From NCBI GenBank assembly GCA_021808105.1, contig JAKBCC010000003.1, positions 1 to 50,991 on the forward strand: a stretch of 50,991 bases of DNA, given 5' to 3'. A program made the position numbers and the translations under genes. The stretch comes from Planctomycetota bacterium. Its GTDB lineage: Bacteria > Planctomycetota > Phycisphaerae > WQYP01. Shown here in pieces: positions 9,594 through 18,865 of the stretch; the stretch's first letter is position 1, and every line of letters starts with the position of its first letter. The notes under the pieces were generated by a model that searched no databases, was not told the DNA's origin, and was given only the letters and a program-made list of their open reading frames with translations.

Positions 9594-10262
9594 ATGCCTC
9601 GAACAGCGCGGGCCGCCATGGGCGGCGTTATTTATCATGTTTGTAACCGCGGGAGAAACGGTAAGACGCTGTTTCGCTCATCGGATGATTTTCAGGCGTT
9701 TGTGGAATTACTTATTGAAGGTACAGCCCAGGCGTCGGTTGAAGTTTTTGGCTTTTGCCTCATGCCGAATTACTGGCACATGATTTTGCGGCCGCGTGGA
9801 AAGAGGGATTTATCCAAATATATGTCCTGGGTGGCCAATACCCATGTCAAGCGGCACCGGGCACGCTACCCGCGTTCGCTGGGGAAAGTGTATCAGGGGC
9901 GGTATGAAAGCCTGCCGGTGCAAAAAGGGGAAGATTTTGTCCAGCTGGTTGGATATATCGAAGCGATCCCGCTGCGTGCACGGTTCGTGCAGCGTGCTGA
10001 GGATTGGGCCTTTTCCAGTCTCGGTTGCGAGAAAAAGCCCGCCCGGCAACTGCTTAGTGCGTGGCCGGTTGACCGACCGGAGCGGTGGAAAAAATGCGTC
10101 AATAAGCCGCTGGATAATTCTGTGCGCGGCCGCCTGGAAGTGAGCCTGAAGCGTGCCCGGCCTTTAGGCGACGATCAGTGGAGTGCTAAGATCGCCAAGA
10201 AAACAAACACGGAACATAAGCTCCGGCCGATCGGGCGTCCTGTGAAAAAACGTGCTGGATAA
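9594..10262 (+). CDS. REP-associated tyrosine transposase (Y1_Tnp/RAYT) homologue with altered HUH motif
   Basis: MPRTAR…YHVCNRG, F.S.DDFQAF, FCLMPNYWH, QGRYES, WAFSS and C-terminal RPIGRP are all typical of RAYTs. Confidence 0.82.
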   Translation: MPRTARAAMGGVIYHVCNRGRNGKTLFRSSDDFQAFVELLIEGTAQASVEVFGFCLMPNYWHMILRPRGKRDLSKYMSWVANTHVKRHRARYPRSLGKVYQGRYESLPVQKGEDFVQLVGYIEAIPLRARFVQRAEDWAFSSLGCEKKPARQLLSAWPVDRPERWKKCVNKPLDNSVRGRLEVSLKRARPLGDDQWSAKIAKKTNTEHKLRPIGRPVKKRAG

Positions 10263-10266
10263 TTGA

Positions 10267-12201
10267 ATGCCGGAACAAGTGACAAAGAAAAAAGTGGTTA
10301 AACGCTGGTGGAGTTGGGAAGACGCGTTGCTGATTGTTCTGCTGGCGGGAGCCTTATACCTGCCGGGACTGGCCCGCATTCCTCTCTTTGACCGCGATGA
10401 GCCGCGGTTTGCCACCGCGGCGCGGGAAATGCTGCGCTCCGGGAATTTGATCGTGCCGCGCTTTATTGGTGTGTTGCGTCCGGAAAAGCCGCCGATGATT
10501 TACTGGCTTATGGATGTCAGCTATAAACTTTTCGGCGTCAGCGGGATGGCGGCGCGACTGCCGAGCGTGCTGTTTGGCACGTTGACCCTGCTGGTGGTGT
10601 ATGGGATGGCGGGCCGGCGTTTCGGCCGGGCGACGGGTTTGCTTTCGGCGCTGATGTTATCGGTGGCCTCACTTTATTTCGTGGAAACCCGCATGGCTAC
10701 CGCGGATTCCGTGTTGATTTTTTTCACCACCTTGTGCATGGCCTGCGTCTGGGAGGCGTGGGATTCGCAGATCTCCGATGATGGCGTGCCGAAATTGCGT
10801 CCCCGCGTGGATCATCTTACGGATTGGGCCGGCGGCGAGATCCTTAATGAATCGTATGTGGCATCGCGGGGGCATGTGTCCATTGGGGTTGTGCTGATTT
10901 TCTGGGCATCGATGGCAGCAGGCATTATGACCAAGGGCGTAACCCCCATTTTTGTGCTGGCCACGATGTTAACGCTTTCCATGACCACGGGCCGGGCGGC
11001 CGACCTATGGCGCGACTGGTGGAAAAGCCCGGGCTTGGGGCGCGTTATTCACTTGCCGGAACTGATTTTTGGATTGTTTCGTAAAGGCAACTGGAACTGG
11101 TGGCGGCGCTTGCGTCCGCTGATGGGTTTGGGCGTTTTAATTGTGCTGGTGCTGCCCTGGTTCATCGCCGCCTGGCATGCCACTCATGGCCGGCTCATTG
11201 AGCAAATGCTCTTTCGCAATCTGGTGCAACGCACCTCCACCGGCCTGCATGTCCATGGGGAGCCGTTCGGATTTTACCTGCTGGTCATCTGGGGTATTTT
11301 CTGGCCATGGAGTGTGCTACTGGTGCCGGCGGCTTATCACGCCCTTCGGCGTGTGCGCGGCAAGCTGGTGATGTCCATTGACCCGTCGCCCTATCAATTT
11401 ATTCTCGCATGGATTATTCCTTCGTGGCTGATTTTTGAGTGCATTGTCACGAAGATGGTGGAATATGTCTTGCCGTTATTTATCCCCCTGGCGATCCTTT
11501 GCGCTGATACGCTGGTACAAAGTTGGCACAGGATGACCGACGTGCTGTCGCCTAAATGGTTTGCGGTGGCGCGGTGGGTGTGGATGGCGGTTTGGCTGGG
11601 TCTGGGTATGGGCGCTGTGGTGGGGGGGTGGAGGATGTTTGTGCCAGATCATCCCCAACAGTTTTATCATCTGGTTCCGCTGGCTGCGGCACTGTTTGCC
11701 ACCGGAGCGGCGGGCGCCATTTCCTGGAATCGCCCGGCGTGGCCCTATGTGACGGTATTGTGCTTCGGGCTGACATTAATGATTGCGGATATTTCGACGC
11801 TGCCAAGTATCAAAGCTCTGCAGCTAAGCCGCGAGGCAGGGCAGCAGATGCGGCGCCTGCGTGCAGAGGGCTTTGCACTTGGTGCCGTTGGCTACACCGA
11901 ACCGAGTCTGGTTTTTTATGCCGACGCCGATGTCCATTTCTTCGCCACCCCGCAGCAATTGTTGACCTATGTTCCATTTAACACTTCCGGTAGGGCCACT
12001 ACGCGGATACTGCACAAGTATTGCATTGTGGCGGACCGGCGATCTGTGGCTTATTTCAAAAAAAAGCATATTCAGTATTACGTGTGGGATTGGTTTAATG
12101 GCATGAAGGTCGCGAAAGGGCGGATGGTGCGCATCACGCTGCTCACCAATGTGGATCCCTGGCCCAAGACTCCTGCCGCCACCAGACCGGCCGGGAAGTA
12201 G
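10267..12201 (+). CDS. ArnT/GT83-family integral membrane glycosyltransferase
   Basis: DRDEPRFA..AREM, EKPP.IYW, ARLPS, MTKG, PW and Y.LP motifs; many TM helices. Confidence 0.85.
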   Translation: MPEQVTKKKVVKRWWSWEDALLIVLLAGALYLPGLARIPLFDRDEPRFATAAREMLRSGNLIVPRFIGVLRPEKPPMIYWLMDVSYKLFGVSGMAARLPSVLFGTLTLLVVYGMAGRRFGRATGLLSALMLSVASLYFVETRMATADSVLIFFTTLCMACVWEAWDSQISDDGVPKLRPRVDHLTDWAGGEILNESYVASRGHVSIGVVLIFWASMAAGIMTKGVTPIFVLATMLTLSMTTGRAADLWRDWWKSPGLGRVIHLPELIFGLFRKGNWNWWRRLRPLMGLGVLIVLVLPWFIAAWHATHGRLIEQMLFRNLVQRTSTGLHVHGEPFGFYLLVIWGIFWPWSVLLVPAAYHALRRVRGKLVMSIDPSPYQFILAWIIPSWLIFECIVTKMVEYVLPLFIPLAILCADTLVQSWHRMTDVLSPKWFAVARWVWMAVWLGLGMGAVVGGWRMFVPDHPQQFYHLVPLAAALFATGAAGAISWNRPAWPYVTVLCFGLTLMIADISTLPSIKALQLSREAGQQMRRLRAEGFALGAVGYTEPSLVFYADADVHFFATPQQLLTYVPFNTSGRATTRILHKYCIVADRRSVAYFKKKHIQYYVWDWFNGMKVAKGRMVRITLLTNVDPWPKTPAATRPAGK

Positions 12202-12307
12202 CCGTCGGTAATATCTCGCCTACAATTAGCCAATAGCGGCCAGTGGATGGCTGCGGCCTGTGAGGCAGTAGCGTAAGAAGTTAAACCCTCTATTTTCAGG
12301 AAGTATT

Positions 12308-13327
12308 ATGACCCATAGCACCAGCACCACGACATCCGCGGCACTGCCGCACAATCGCCTGGGAATTAATTACCGCTCTGTGCCGCCGCGGAAAATTCCC
12401 GGATTAATTATTGACGCCCATACGCACACGCGCGAGCCGGCGCTGACGCGGGAATTTCTGCGTGCGGCGGATGCGTATGGCATTGGCAAAATCTGGACCA
12501 TGGCACCACTGGAAGATGTGGATGCACTTCGCGAAGCATTTCCCGGACGATTTGAATTTATTGCCATTCCAAAATGGCAGAATCTGGGGCCCGGTGAAGA
12601 TTTTATAAAAGAATGGCGAAGACGCATTGATGAATTCTACGCCCGCGGTTCGCGCTTAATTAAATTTCACAACGCACCCGGCACCCAGAAGCGCATGGGC
12701 ATGAATCTCGATCATCCGGAAATGCAAAGCATCATGCGGCAGGCGTATGATCTGGGCTATCACTTTATGACCCATGTCGGCGATCCGAAAGCCTGGTTTG
12801 GTGAAGGAAAAAAATACGACCCGAAGGATGGGCAGAAAAGTTTTATTGAACAATTTGCCATGCTCGATCGCATGTTGGAGAAATATCCCGATCGCATCCA
12901 CCTGGGTGCCCATATTGGCGGCAGCGTGGAGGAACTTGAATTGTTGCAAGGGCGACTCGACCGCTTCCCCCATTACATCCTGGATTCCAGCGCCACCAAA
13001 TGGATCATTCGCGGCATCGCCCAGCAGCCCCTTGAGCCGGTGCGGGAATTCTTTATCCGTAATCAGGATCGGATTCTCTTTGGCAGTGATCTGGTGGTTG
13101 GCGAAAAATATGACTTTGATCATTATGTCAGTCGTTACTGGGTGCATCAGCAGCAATGGGAAACCTCTTACTCCGGTGAATCCCCCATTGACGACCCGGA
13201 TGCCGAAGATGGTATACCCCGACTGCACGGCCTGAATTTGCCCGCTGAGGTGCTGGAAAAGCTGTACCGCACCAACGCCGAAAAATGGCTCTTCGGGAAA
13301 GTCCTGGGGCAATCTTCAGTGAGCTAA
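12308..13327 (+). CDS. Amidohydrolase family protein (Amidohydro_2)
   Basis: IDAHTH, KFH, THVGD, AHIGG and RILFGSD metal-binding motifs. Confidence 0.82.
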   Translation: MTHSTSTTTSAALPHNRLGINYRSVPPRKIPGLIIDAHTHTREPALTREFLRAADAYGIGKIWTMAPLEDVDALREAFPGRFEFIAIPKWQNLGPGEDFIKEWRRRIDEFYARGSRLIKFHNAPGTQKRMGMNLDHPEMQSIMRQAYDLGYHFMTHVGDPKAWFGEGKKYDPKDGQKSFIEQFAMLDRMLEKYPDRIHLGAHIGGSVEELELLQGRLDRFPHYILDSSATKWIIRGIAQQPLEPVREFFIRNQDRILFGSDLVVGEKYDFDHYVSRYWVHQQQWETSYSGESPIDDPDAEDGIPRLHGLNLPAEVLEKLYRTNAEKWLFGKVLGQSSVS

Positions 13328-13392
13328 TGCCCTTTATCGCATTGGGGTGCCGGGCGTTTCAAGGGACTGAAAATTATTATTTGTGTTTTTGC

Positions 13393-13422
13393 TTGACATG
13401 AAGATGAGTGGTGGCATATAAT
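13393..13422 (+). promoter_or_regulatory. Sigma70 consensus promoter
   Basis: TTGACA (13393-13398), 18-nt spacer, TATAAT (13417-13422) in an AT-rich intergenic region. Confidence 0.8.
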
Positions 13423-13430
13423 TTGATCCA

Positions 13431-13444
13431 TGTAAGCGGTTTCA
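13431..13444. promoter_or_regulatory. LacI-family operator O1
   Basis: TGTAAGCGGTTTCA, an imperfect palindrome with central CG of the LacI/CcpA type, just downstream of the -10 box. Confidence 0.72.
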
Positions 13445-13618
13445 TTATTGCCGCGAAAGGGTGGAAGCCCTGGGGAATCTTTTCTGGAAATCTTTCAGAA
13501 TAGTCCAAGGCGTTCCGTAAAAGGTCAATTTGGTTAAGTAGGAGCTTGTCCGCCGCAGGAATCTTGGTGCGCGTTGTGAAAGGCAGATCAGAACAGCGCA
13601 TGTTTTTATACCCCGCAA

Positions 13619-13632
13619 TGTAAGCGGTTGCA
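13619..13632. promoter_or_regulatory. LacI-family operator O2
   Basis: TGTAAGCGGTTGCA, 13/14 identical to O1 and 188 bp downstream. Confidence 0.7.
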
Positions 13633-13716
13633 TCATCGGGTATAGATATTGATATGGATTTTTCAAGGCTGTGAGGCTTTTCTTTTCCGGTGCGTCATTT
13701 TTTTGGGAGGTCACTG

Positions 13717-14706
13717 ATGAAGACAAACATTATTTTATCCTGTGCTTCCGCGCGGGACCAGCGCTATGCGCCGGACAGCGGACGGATTATACCGTTGCGG
13801 ACTATCATCCCGGGCCGTCGGATCCATGCAAATGGGACCGCCTTCACATTGGTAGAATTACTGGTTGTCATATCAATTATTGCGCTATTAATTTCGCTGC
13901 TCCTGCCCGCTTTAGCCGAGGCCAGAGCACTGGCGGAATCCACGGTATGTCTTTCGAACCAGCAGCAATTGGCCCTGTCCAATCTTGAATTCAGCCAGAT
14001 CCATCAAGGTTTTATCCTGAAAGACTGGTTCAACGGGATATGGCCCAATGGCGTTGAAGACGGGCCATTCTACGGATCAGCTCAGGTTTGGGACGGAAAA
14101 TCCACGAGCACGGTCACCAATTGGTCATGGGATCAGTACTTGTGCCGTAAATATCTCGATGGGAACCTGGGAATTTTCCGTGATCCGGCGGACAGCACCA
14201 ATAACACGCGATGGAATAGTGCCACGGCGGAAATTCCCGGTTTTGTTCCGGCGTCTTACCGAATGGACTTCAGTAATCAGCCGGGTGATCCCGGAAACCC
14301 CGGAGAACCCTACCAATTCGCGACGGCTTACAATGTTCGTCAGGTGTCCAATCCGCAGGAATCCATTCTGATATGTGATGGCGACTATTACGGTCCCTAT
14401 TGGCAGTACGAAGGCGGGATTGACATCGTCAATGGTCCCGATACTCAGTGGGGAGCATCGCCGACCTATCCGACTGTTGTCGGCAATATTGAAACCGTCG
14501 GGGGCAACGTGGCGGCGATCCGGCACATGGGAAAAGCGAACTATGCCTTTCTCGACGGCCACGCGGAAACACTGGCGTACGCGCAGACCTGGCAGCCGAT
14601 TGGCTCTCCTCTGAGCGTCGGCGGGTACAAGGTCTACGAGGCTCCGACCATGTGGCGACAAATTTTCAGCCCCGGATATTTCCCGAATTATCCGGGTACG
14701 CCGTAA
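13717..14706 (+). CDS. Prepilin-type N-terminal cleavage/methylation protein with H-X9-DG domain (DUF1559-like)
   Basis: AFTLVELLVVISIIALLISLLLPAL, C.SNQQQL and C-terminal RHMGKANYAFLDGHAE. GGGAGG RBS. Confidence 0.9.
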   Translation: MKTNIILSCASARDQRYAPDSGRIIPLRTIIPGRRIHANGTAFTLVELLVVISIIALLISLLLPALAEARALAESTVCLSNQQQLALSNLEFSQIHQGFILKDWFNGIWPNGVEDGPFYGSAQVWDGKSTSTVTNWSWDQYLCRKYLDGNLGIFRDPADSTNNTRWNSATAEIPGFVPASYRMDFSNQPGDPGNPGEPYQFATAYNVRQVSNPQESILICDGDYYGPYWQYEGGIDIVNGPDTQWGASPTYPTVVGNIETVGGNVAAIRHMGKANYAFLDGHAETLAYAQTWQPIGSPLSVGGYKVYEAPTMWRQIFSPGYFPNYPGTP

Positions 14707-14957
14707 CGCCATCATGGCGAAGGGGGCAGCCCCAGCCACGCACAGAGGCGGAAAAAGTTTAAGGTGTTTTAGTAAGGCGGAGTAGTTAGAGATCACATGC
14801 AGTTGTGGAAGCTTCCGGTCGAAACATGGGATTTCAGAAGTCCACACATAGGATAGTCTTTTGAACCGGATTGGCTTAATGGAAATGTTTGACGGTTAGC
14901 TCCGGAGGGATGTTACCTTTGAGAAGTTGGCCGGGGGTTTGTTCATGGGAGGTCTTT

Positions 14958-15968
14958 ATGACCACGCATTTCAAGTTTCTCACAGTGTTGGCCGCCGGAT
15001 CGCTTTTCGCAGCCGGTGCAGCTGGTGCGGCTCCGTTTCTGACCGAGTCGTTCAACTACGGCAATTTAACGCCATCGGGCGGGGGTTACCAGGACATGTC
15101 AGGCCAGACCGGCGGCACGGGTTTCCAAGGCGGGTGGGTAACCAACTATGTCAATACAGTCGGCCCCAATTCCACCTACACCAATACCGGCTTGACATTT
15201 GGAAGCGAAGGTGTGGGTGGCGCAGCCTATTCCGGTATGCCCGATCTGGGCAATGGCGGTGGGGAATGGTCTCTGTTCAGCCGGCAACTCAATGTCACTG
15301 CCACCGGCACCGTTTACGGCAGCTACCTTTTTAATGCCACCAGCGCTCCCTATAGCGGCGTCGCGGATATGGTGATCGGAAACGAGAATTCCACCGACGG
15401 CGGACCGATTGCGCTAGGTGCGCAGGAATATGGAAGCGGCACATCCGGGGTCGCGAATGCCTGGAAGGCCGGCAGCAGAATTTCCGGGCATACGGCAACG
15501 GTCACCGGACCTACGCTAACCAACAACACAACCTACAAATATCTTTTCCAACTTGGTAATGTTGGCGGAACATCCGGGCCTGAGACTATTAATTCATGGA
15601 TACTCACTGCGGCGCAGTACAACACATTTGCAACGGCCGGCCAGCTTAACGAAGTTGCCCTGAACGCCGCGACGACGGGCACGGCAGCAGGCGACGTAAC
15701 TGAGATACTTTCAAATTCCTACACGCCCAGCACGTATGGCAGCATCACACCGACTTCCTGGCTGACTTTTTACGTGTTCAATGCCAGTAAGGTTGCCGCC
15801 AGCAAGGTGATGTTTGATGAAGTGGCGATGTCACAGGTAAGTCTCGCGGATGCCACGACCGCTGCTGCTGCGGTTCCCGAATCCACATCCGTTGCCGTCA
15901 TGGGATTGGGGCTGTTGGCGGGTGGGTTGCTGCTGCGACGGCGTACCATCCAGCGCTTTGTCGCTTAA
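14958..15968 (+). CDS. PEP-CTERM sorting-domain surface protein
   Basis: Signal peptide, Gly/Thr/Ser/Asn-rich body, and C-terminal VPESTS + TM helix + RRR. GGGAGG RBS. Confidence 0.88.
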   Translation: MTTHFKFLTVLAAGSLFAAGAAGAAPFLTESFNYGNLTPSGGGYQDMSGQTGGTGFQGGWVTNYVNTVGPNSTYTNTGLTFGSEGVGGAAYSGMPDLGNGGGEWSLFSRQLNVTATGTVYGSYLFNATSAPYSGVADMVIGNENSTDGGPIALGAQEYGSGTSGVANAWKAGSRISGHTATVTGPTLTNNTTYKYLFQLGNVGGTSGPETINSWILTAAQYNTFATAGQLNEVALNAATTGTAAGDVTEILSNSYTPSTYGSITPTSWLTFYVFNASKVAASKVMFDEVAMSQVSLADATTAAAAVPESTSVAVMGLGLLAGGLLLRRRTIQRFVA

Positions 15969-16043
15969 GCCGGGAATTCCGGACCCTACACATGAGAAGT
16001 TCGCCGAAGGACTTTAACCAGGACTGACTGTGGCGACTCAACG

Positions 16044-16082
16044 GGTTGGGATGAAGGCTTACCGCCTTCGTCCCAACCTTTT
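16044..16082 (+). terminator. Rho-independent terminator
   Basis: 15-bp stem GGTTGGGATGAAGGC/GCCTTCGTCCCAACC (one G-U pair), 5-nt loop, followed by TTTT. Confidence 0.7.
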
Positions 16083-16266
16083 AATCATGGGAATTGTTTA
16101 TTAAACCGGGAGGGTAATCCCTGGGAATTATTGGCCGGGGATTTAATAAACGTATTATCGCTGCTTAATGCGGGAAAGCGGCTAAAATAATGTTGGTCCA
16201 GTTGGTACGATGAATACGTAAAAACAGGTGCGCCGCACCGAAGCGATGAGCGAACAGGAATTTGTA

Positions 16267-17340
16267 ATGAATCCACGGAATCCGAAAAAAAACAGTGCCC
16301 TCCCTGAGAAACGCGATAATAGCCGGCGTCCCACAATTTACGACGTCAGCAGACGTTCCGGATTTTCAACGGCAACCGTTTCAAGAGTCTTCGCAAACTA
16401 CCAGGGGGTTTCTCAATCCACGCGTGATCGCGTGCTGGAAGTCAGTCGCGATCTGGGCTTTTCCCCCAGTCACATCGGTCGCTGCCTGGCGCAGGGAAGC
16501 ACCGGGAATGTAGCCGTGATGTTTCCCGATATGGCCAGCGGCTTTTATGCTGAAGTACTGGCCGGGATTGATGAAGTTCTGGCGGAACACGGCTTTAATA
16601 CATTGACCGCATTTTACGGACGCGGACGGGATGCTAAATCAGTGTTCACGCGATTAAATACAGGCTTTCTGGCCGACGCTCTGATCATAGCCAGCTCCTA
16701 TGACATTGGTGACGTATCCCAATGGTCTGGAACGTGTGATACGCCCATGGTCCTCCTGGATCGTCCGCTGGCAAAAGCCGGAATAAGCACTGTGTGCATT
16801 GATAACGCCTCCGGGGTTGCGGCCATGGTCCGGCATCTGCACACGAACGGCCATCGTCACATCGCGGTCATTTCCGGTCCCGAAGGTACGTGGGATGCTG
16901 AACAGAGAATGGCCGGCTTCCGTGCAACGATGCGGGAAATCAAGCTCGATGTTAATCCCCTGCTGATCTGGGCCGGCAACTTCACATTTGAAAGCGGCCG
17001 CCATGCGATGCGGACGGCCCTGGCGGGGCGGCTATTGATGGACGCGGTTTTTTGTTTTAATGACGAGATGGCGTTAGGGGCGATTGCCGCCATCAATGAA
17101 GCGGGCTTGAAAGTTCCTGACGATATTGCAGTCGCGGGGTTTGACGGAATCTCCGCTGCTGAGGGTGTACAGCTCACGACTGTCGCCTGTCCGATGCGTG
17201 CGGTAGGGCGCAGTGCCGGAACTATGGCGGTTTCGCTGATAAAACGCACCGAGAATCCGTCGAACCAGATCATTCCGGTGCGCCTGGTTATTCGCCGTTC
17301 ATCAGGAAAGAGAACGGCCCATTGGACGAAGGCGATGTAG
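16267..17340 (+). CDS. LacI-family transcriptional regulator
   Basis: TIYDVSRRSGFSTATVSRV HTH, and a sugar-binding domain with FCFNDEMALG and VPDDIAVAGFD. Start uncertain (16246 or 16267). Confidence 0.95.
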   Translation: MNPRNPKKNSALPEKRDNSRRPTIYDVSRRSGFSTATVSRVFANYQGVSQSTRDRVLEVSRDLGFSPSHIGRCLAQGSTGNVAVMFPDMASGFYAEVLAGIDEVLAEHGFNTLTAFYGRGRDAKSVFTRLNTGFLADALIIASSYDIGDVSQWSGTCDTPMVLLDRPLAKAGISTVCIDNASGVAAMVRHLHTNGHRHIAVISGPEGTWDAEQRMAGFRATMREIKLDVNPLLIWAGNFTFESGRHAMRTALAGRLLMDAVFCFNDEMALGAIAAINEAGLKVPDDIAVAGFDGISAAEGVQLTTVACPMRAVGRSAGTMAVSLIKRTENPSNQIIPVRLVIRRSSGKRTAHWTKAM

Positions 17341-17374
17341 AGAACCCTGTCGGCTACGAAAGCATGGGCCTTGA

Positions 17375-18772
17375 ATGTTTGAAAGCAAAACGAAAGCCAG
17401 GTACTTGTTGCGGGCGTGGCCGGCGATTTTTGCCGGTTTGATATGTTTCTTAGCGGGTTGCAAGGCCCAAAGCCCTTCTGTGGCCGGTGCCGATCAGGCG
17501 GTTCAATCGCAAACGCGTTCCGTCCGCCGCCCAAGTCAACAGGTTTCGCGTAATCGGAATCAGTTTCTGGCCGGTATTGAACACCGGAGTTTCGCCTATT
17601 TCTGGGATGAGATGGATCAACATAACGGCCTGATTCCCGACCGCGCGCGGGCGGCGGGGGGTGGTGCCCGCATTGCGAGCATTGCTGCGGAGGGTTTCGG
17701 CTTAACGGCTCTCTGTATCGCCGACGAGCATCATTGGGAACCACACGCGGAGATTTATGCACGGGTACTTCGAGCACTGGATTTTTTCCGTTACCACGCG
17801 CAATGCGTGCATGGCTTTTATTACCATTTTCTGGCATTAAACAGCGGTCGTCGGCAATGGAAGTGCGAGGTTTCATCTATTGACACAGCTCTGCTGATGG
17901 CGGGGGTCCTGACGGTCCGCGAGCATTTTTCCGGGACCGCGGCCTCCCGGATCGCCGCCTATCTCTATCGCCGTGTGGACTGGCCCTGGATGCTTAACGG
18001 AAAAAAAACACTTTCAATGGGTTGGAAACCCGGCAGCGGATTTTTGCCGTACCGATGGAAACAATTTAACGAGGGACCGCTGATCTACCTGCTGGGTATC
18101 GGGTCGCCAAGCCATCCGCTGCCGGCGGCAAGCTGGGCGGCCTGGCAACGCGGCCCGCTATGTACGTATGGGGGTTACACATTCATGTGCTGTCCGCCGT
18201 TGTTTACGCACCAATATATGCAGGCATGGTTTAACCTGCGCGGACTTCGCGATCATTTTGCCGATTATTTCAGAGATTCGCGCTATGCAACGCTGGCTAA
18301 TCGTGAACTGTGTATAAGCCTGGGCAAACGCTTTTCCGATTACGGGCCCGATGCCTGGGGAATCACCGCCTCGGACTCGGCCTCGGGCTACCGGGCATGG
18401 GGAGGTCCGCCCGCAACGCCCGGTATCAACGGAACGTTGGTTCCATGTGCCGCCGGAGGCAGTATCCCCTTTGCGCCACGGCAATGTGTTGCGGATTTAA
18501 GACGCCTCAAGAAGAAATACTCGTCTATGCATATCTACGGCCGGTACGGGTTTGTGGATGCTTTCAATCCGCTTACCGGCTGGGTGGATAAGGACGTTCT
18601 GGGAATTGATCAGGGGATTACCTTGATCATGGCGGAAAATTATCGTACGGGGTTTGTCTGGAAAACCTTTATGGCTGATCCGGTAGCGCAACGGGCGTTG
18701 CGCCGCGCCGGATTTCGCAAAATGACGGCGACCGACAAGCTCCCGAAAAACACGTCTGTTTTCAGACGCTAA
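17375..18772 (+). CDS. GH144-like endo-beta-1,2-glucanase (glucoamylase/DUF3131-like), lipoprotein
   Basis: FLAGC lipobox. Motifs SIAAEGFGL, GFYYHF, EVSSIDTALLMAG, PLFTHQY, WGITAS, GRYGFVDAFN and GIDQG…AENYRTG. Confidence 0.8.
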   Translation: MFESKTKARYLLRAWPAIFAGLICFLAGCKAQSPSVAGADQAVQSQTRSVRRPSQQVSRNRNQFLAGIEHRSFAYFWDEMDQHNGLIPDRARAAGGGARIASIAAEGFGLTALCIADEHHWEPHAEIYARVLRALDFFRYHAQCVHGFYYHFLALNSGRRQWKCEVSSIDTALLMAGVLTVREHFSGTAASRIAAYLYRRVDWPWMLNGKKTLSMGWKPGSGFLPYRWKQFNEGPLIYLLGIGSPSHPLPAASWAAWQRGPLCTYGGYTFMCCPPLFTHQYMQAWFNLRGLRDHFADYFRDSRYATLANRELCISLGKRFSDYGPDAWGITASDSASGYRAWGGPPATPGINGTLVPCAAGGSIPFAPRQCVADLRRLKKKYSSMHIYGRYGFVDAFNPLTGWVDKDVLGIDQGITLIMAENYRTGFVWKTFMADPVAQRALRRAGFRKMTATDKLPKNTSVFRR

Positions 18773-18865
18773 GGCCACTGGAACACCAGCCGATTATAGC
18801 GACGTGTGAAGGCCCGAATGTCCGCATGGAAATCCGTAGAGAACGGTAAACGCCCTGGAGTTTTT

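Noticed and set aside
9527-10266. Intact IS200/IS605 insertion sequence
   Set aside because: No subterminal hairpins, no tnpB, and almost no flanking space; the protein resembles RAYTs and has an altered HUH motif.
16857-17876. 339-aa minus-strand ORF
   Set aside because: Antisense to lacI and the GH144-like gene, both well supported; no recognisable domain.
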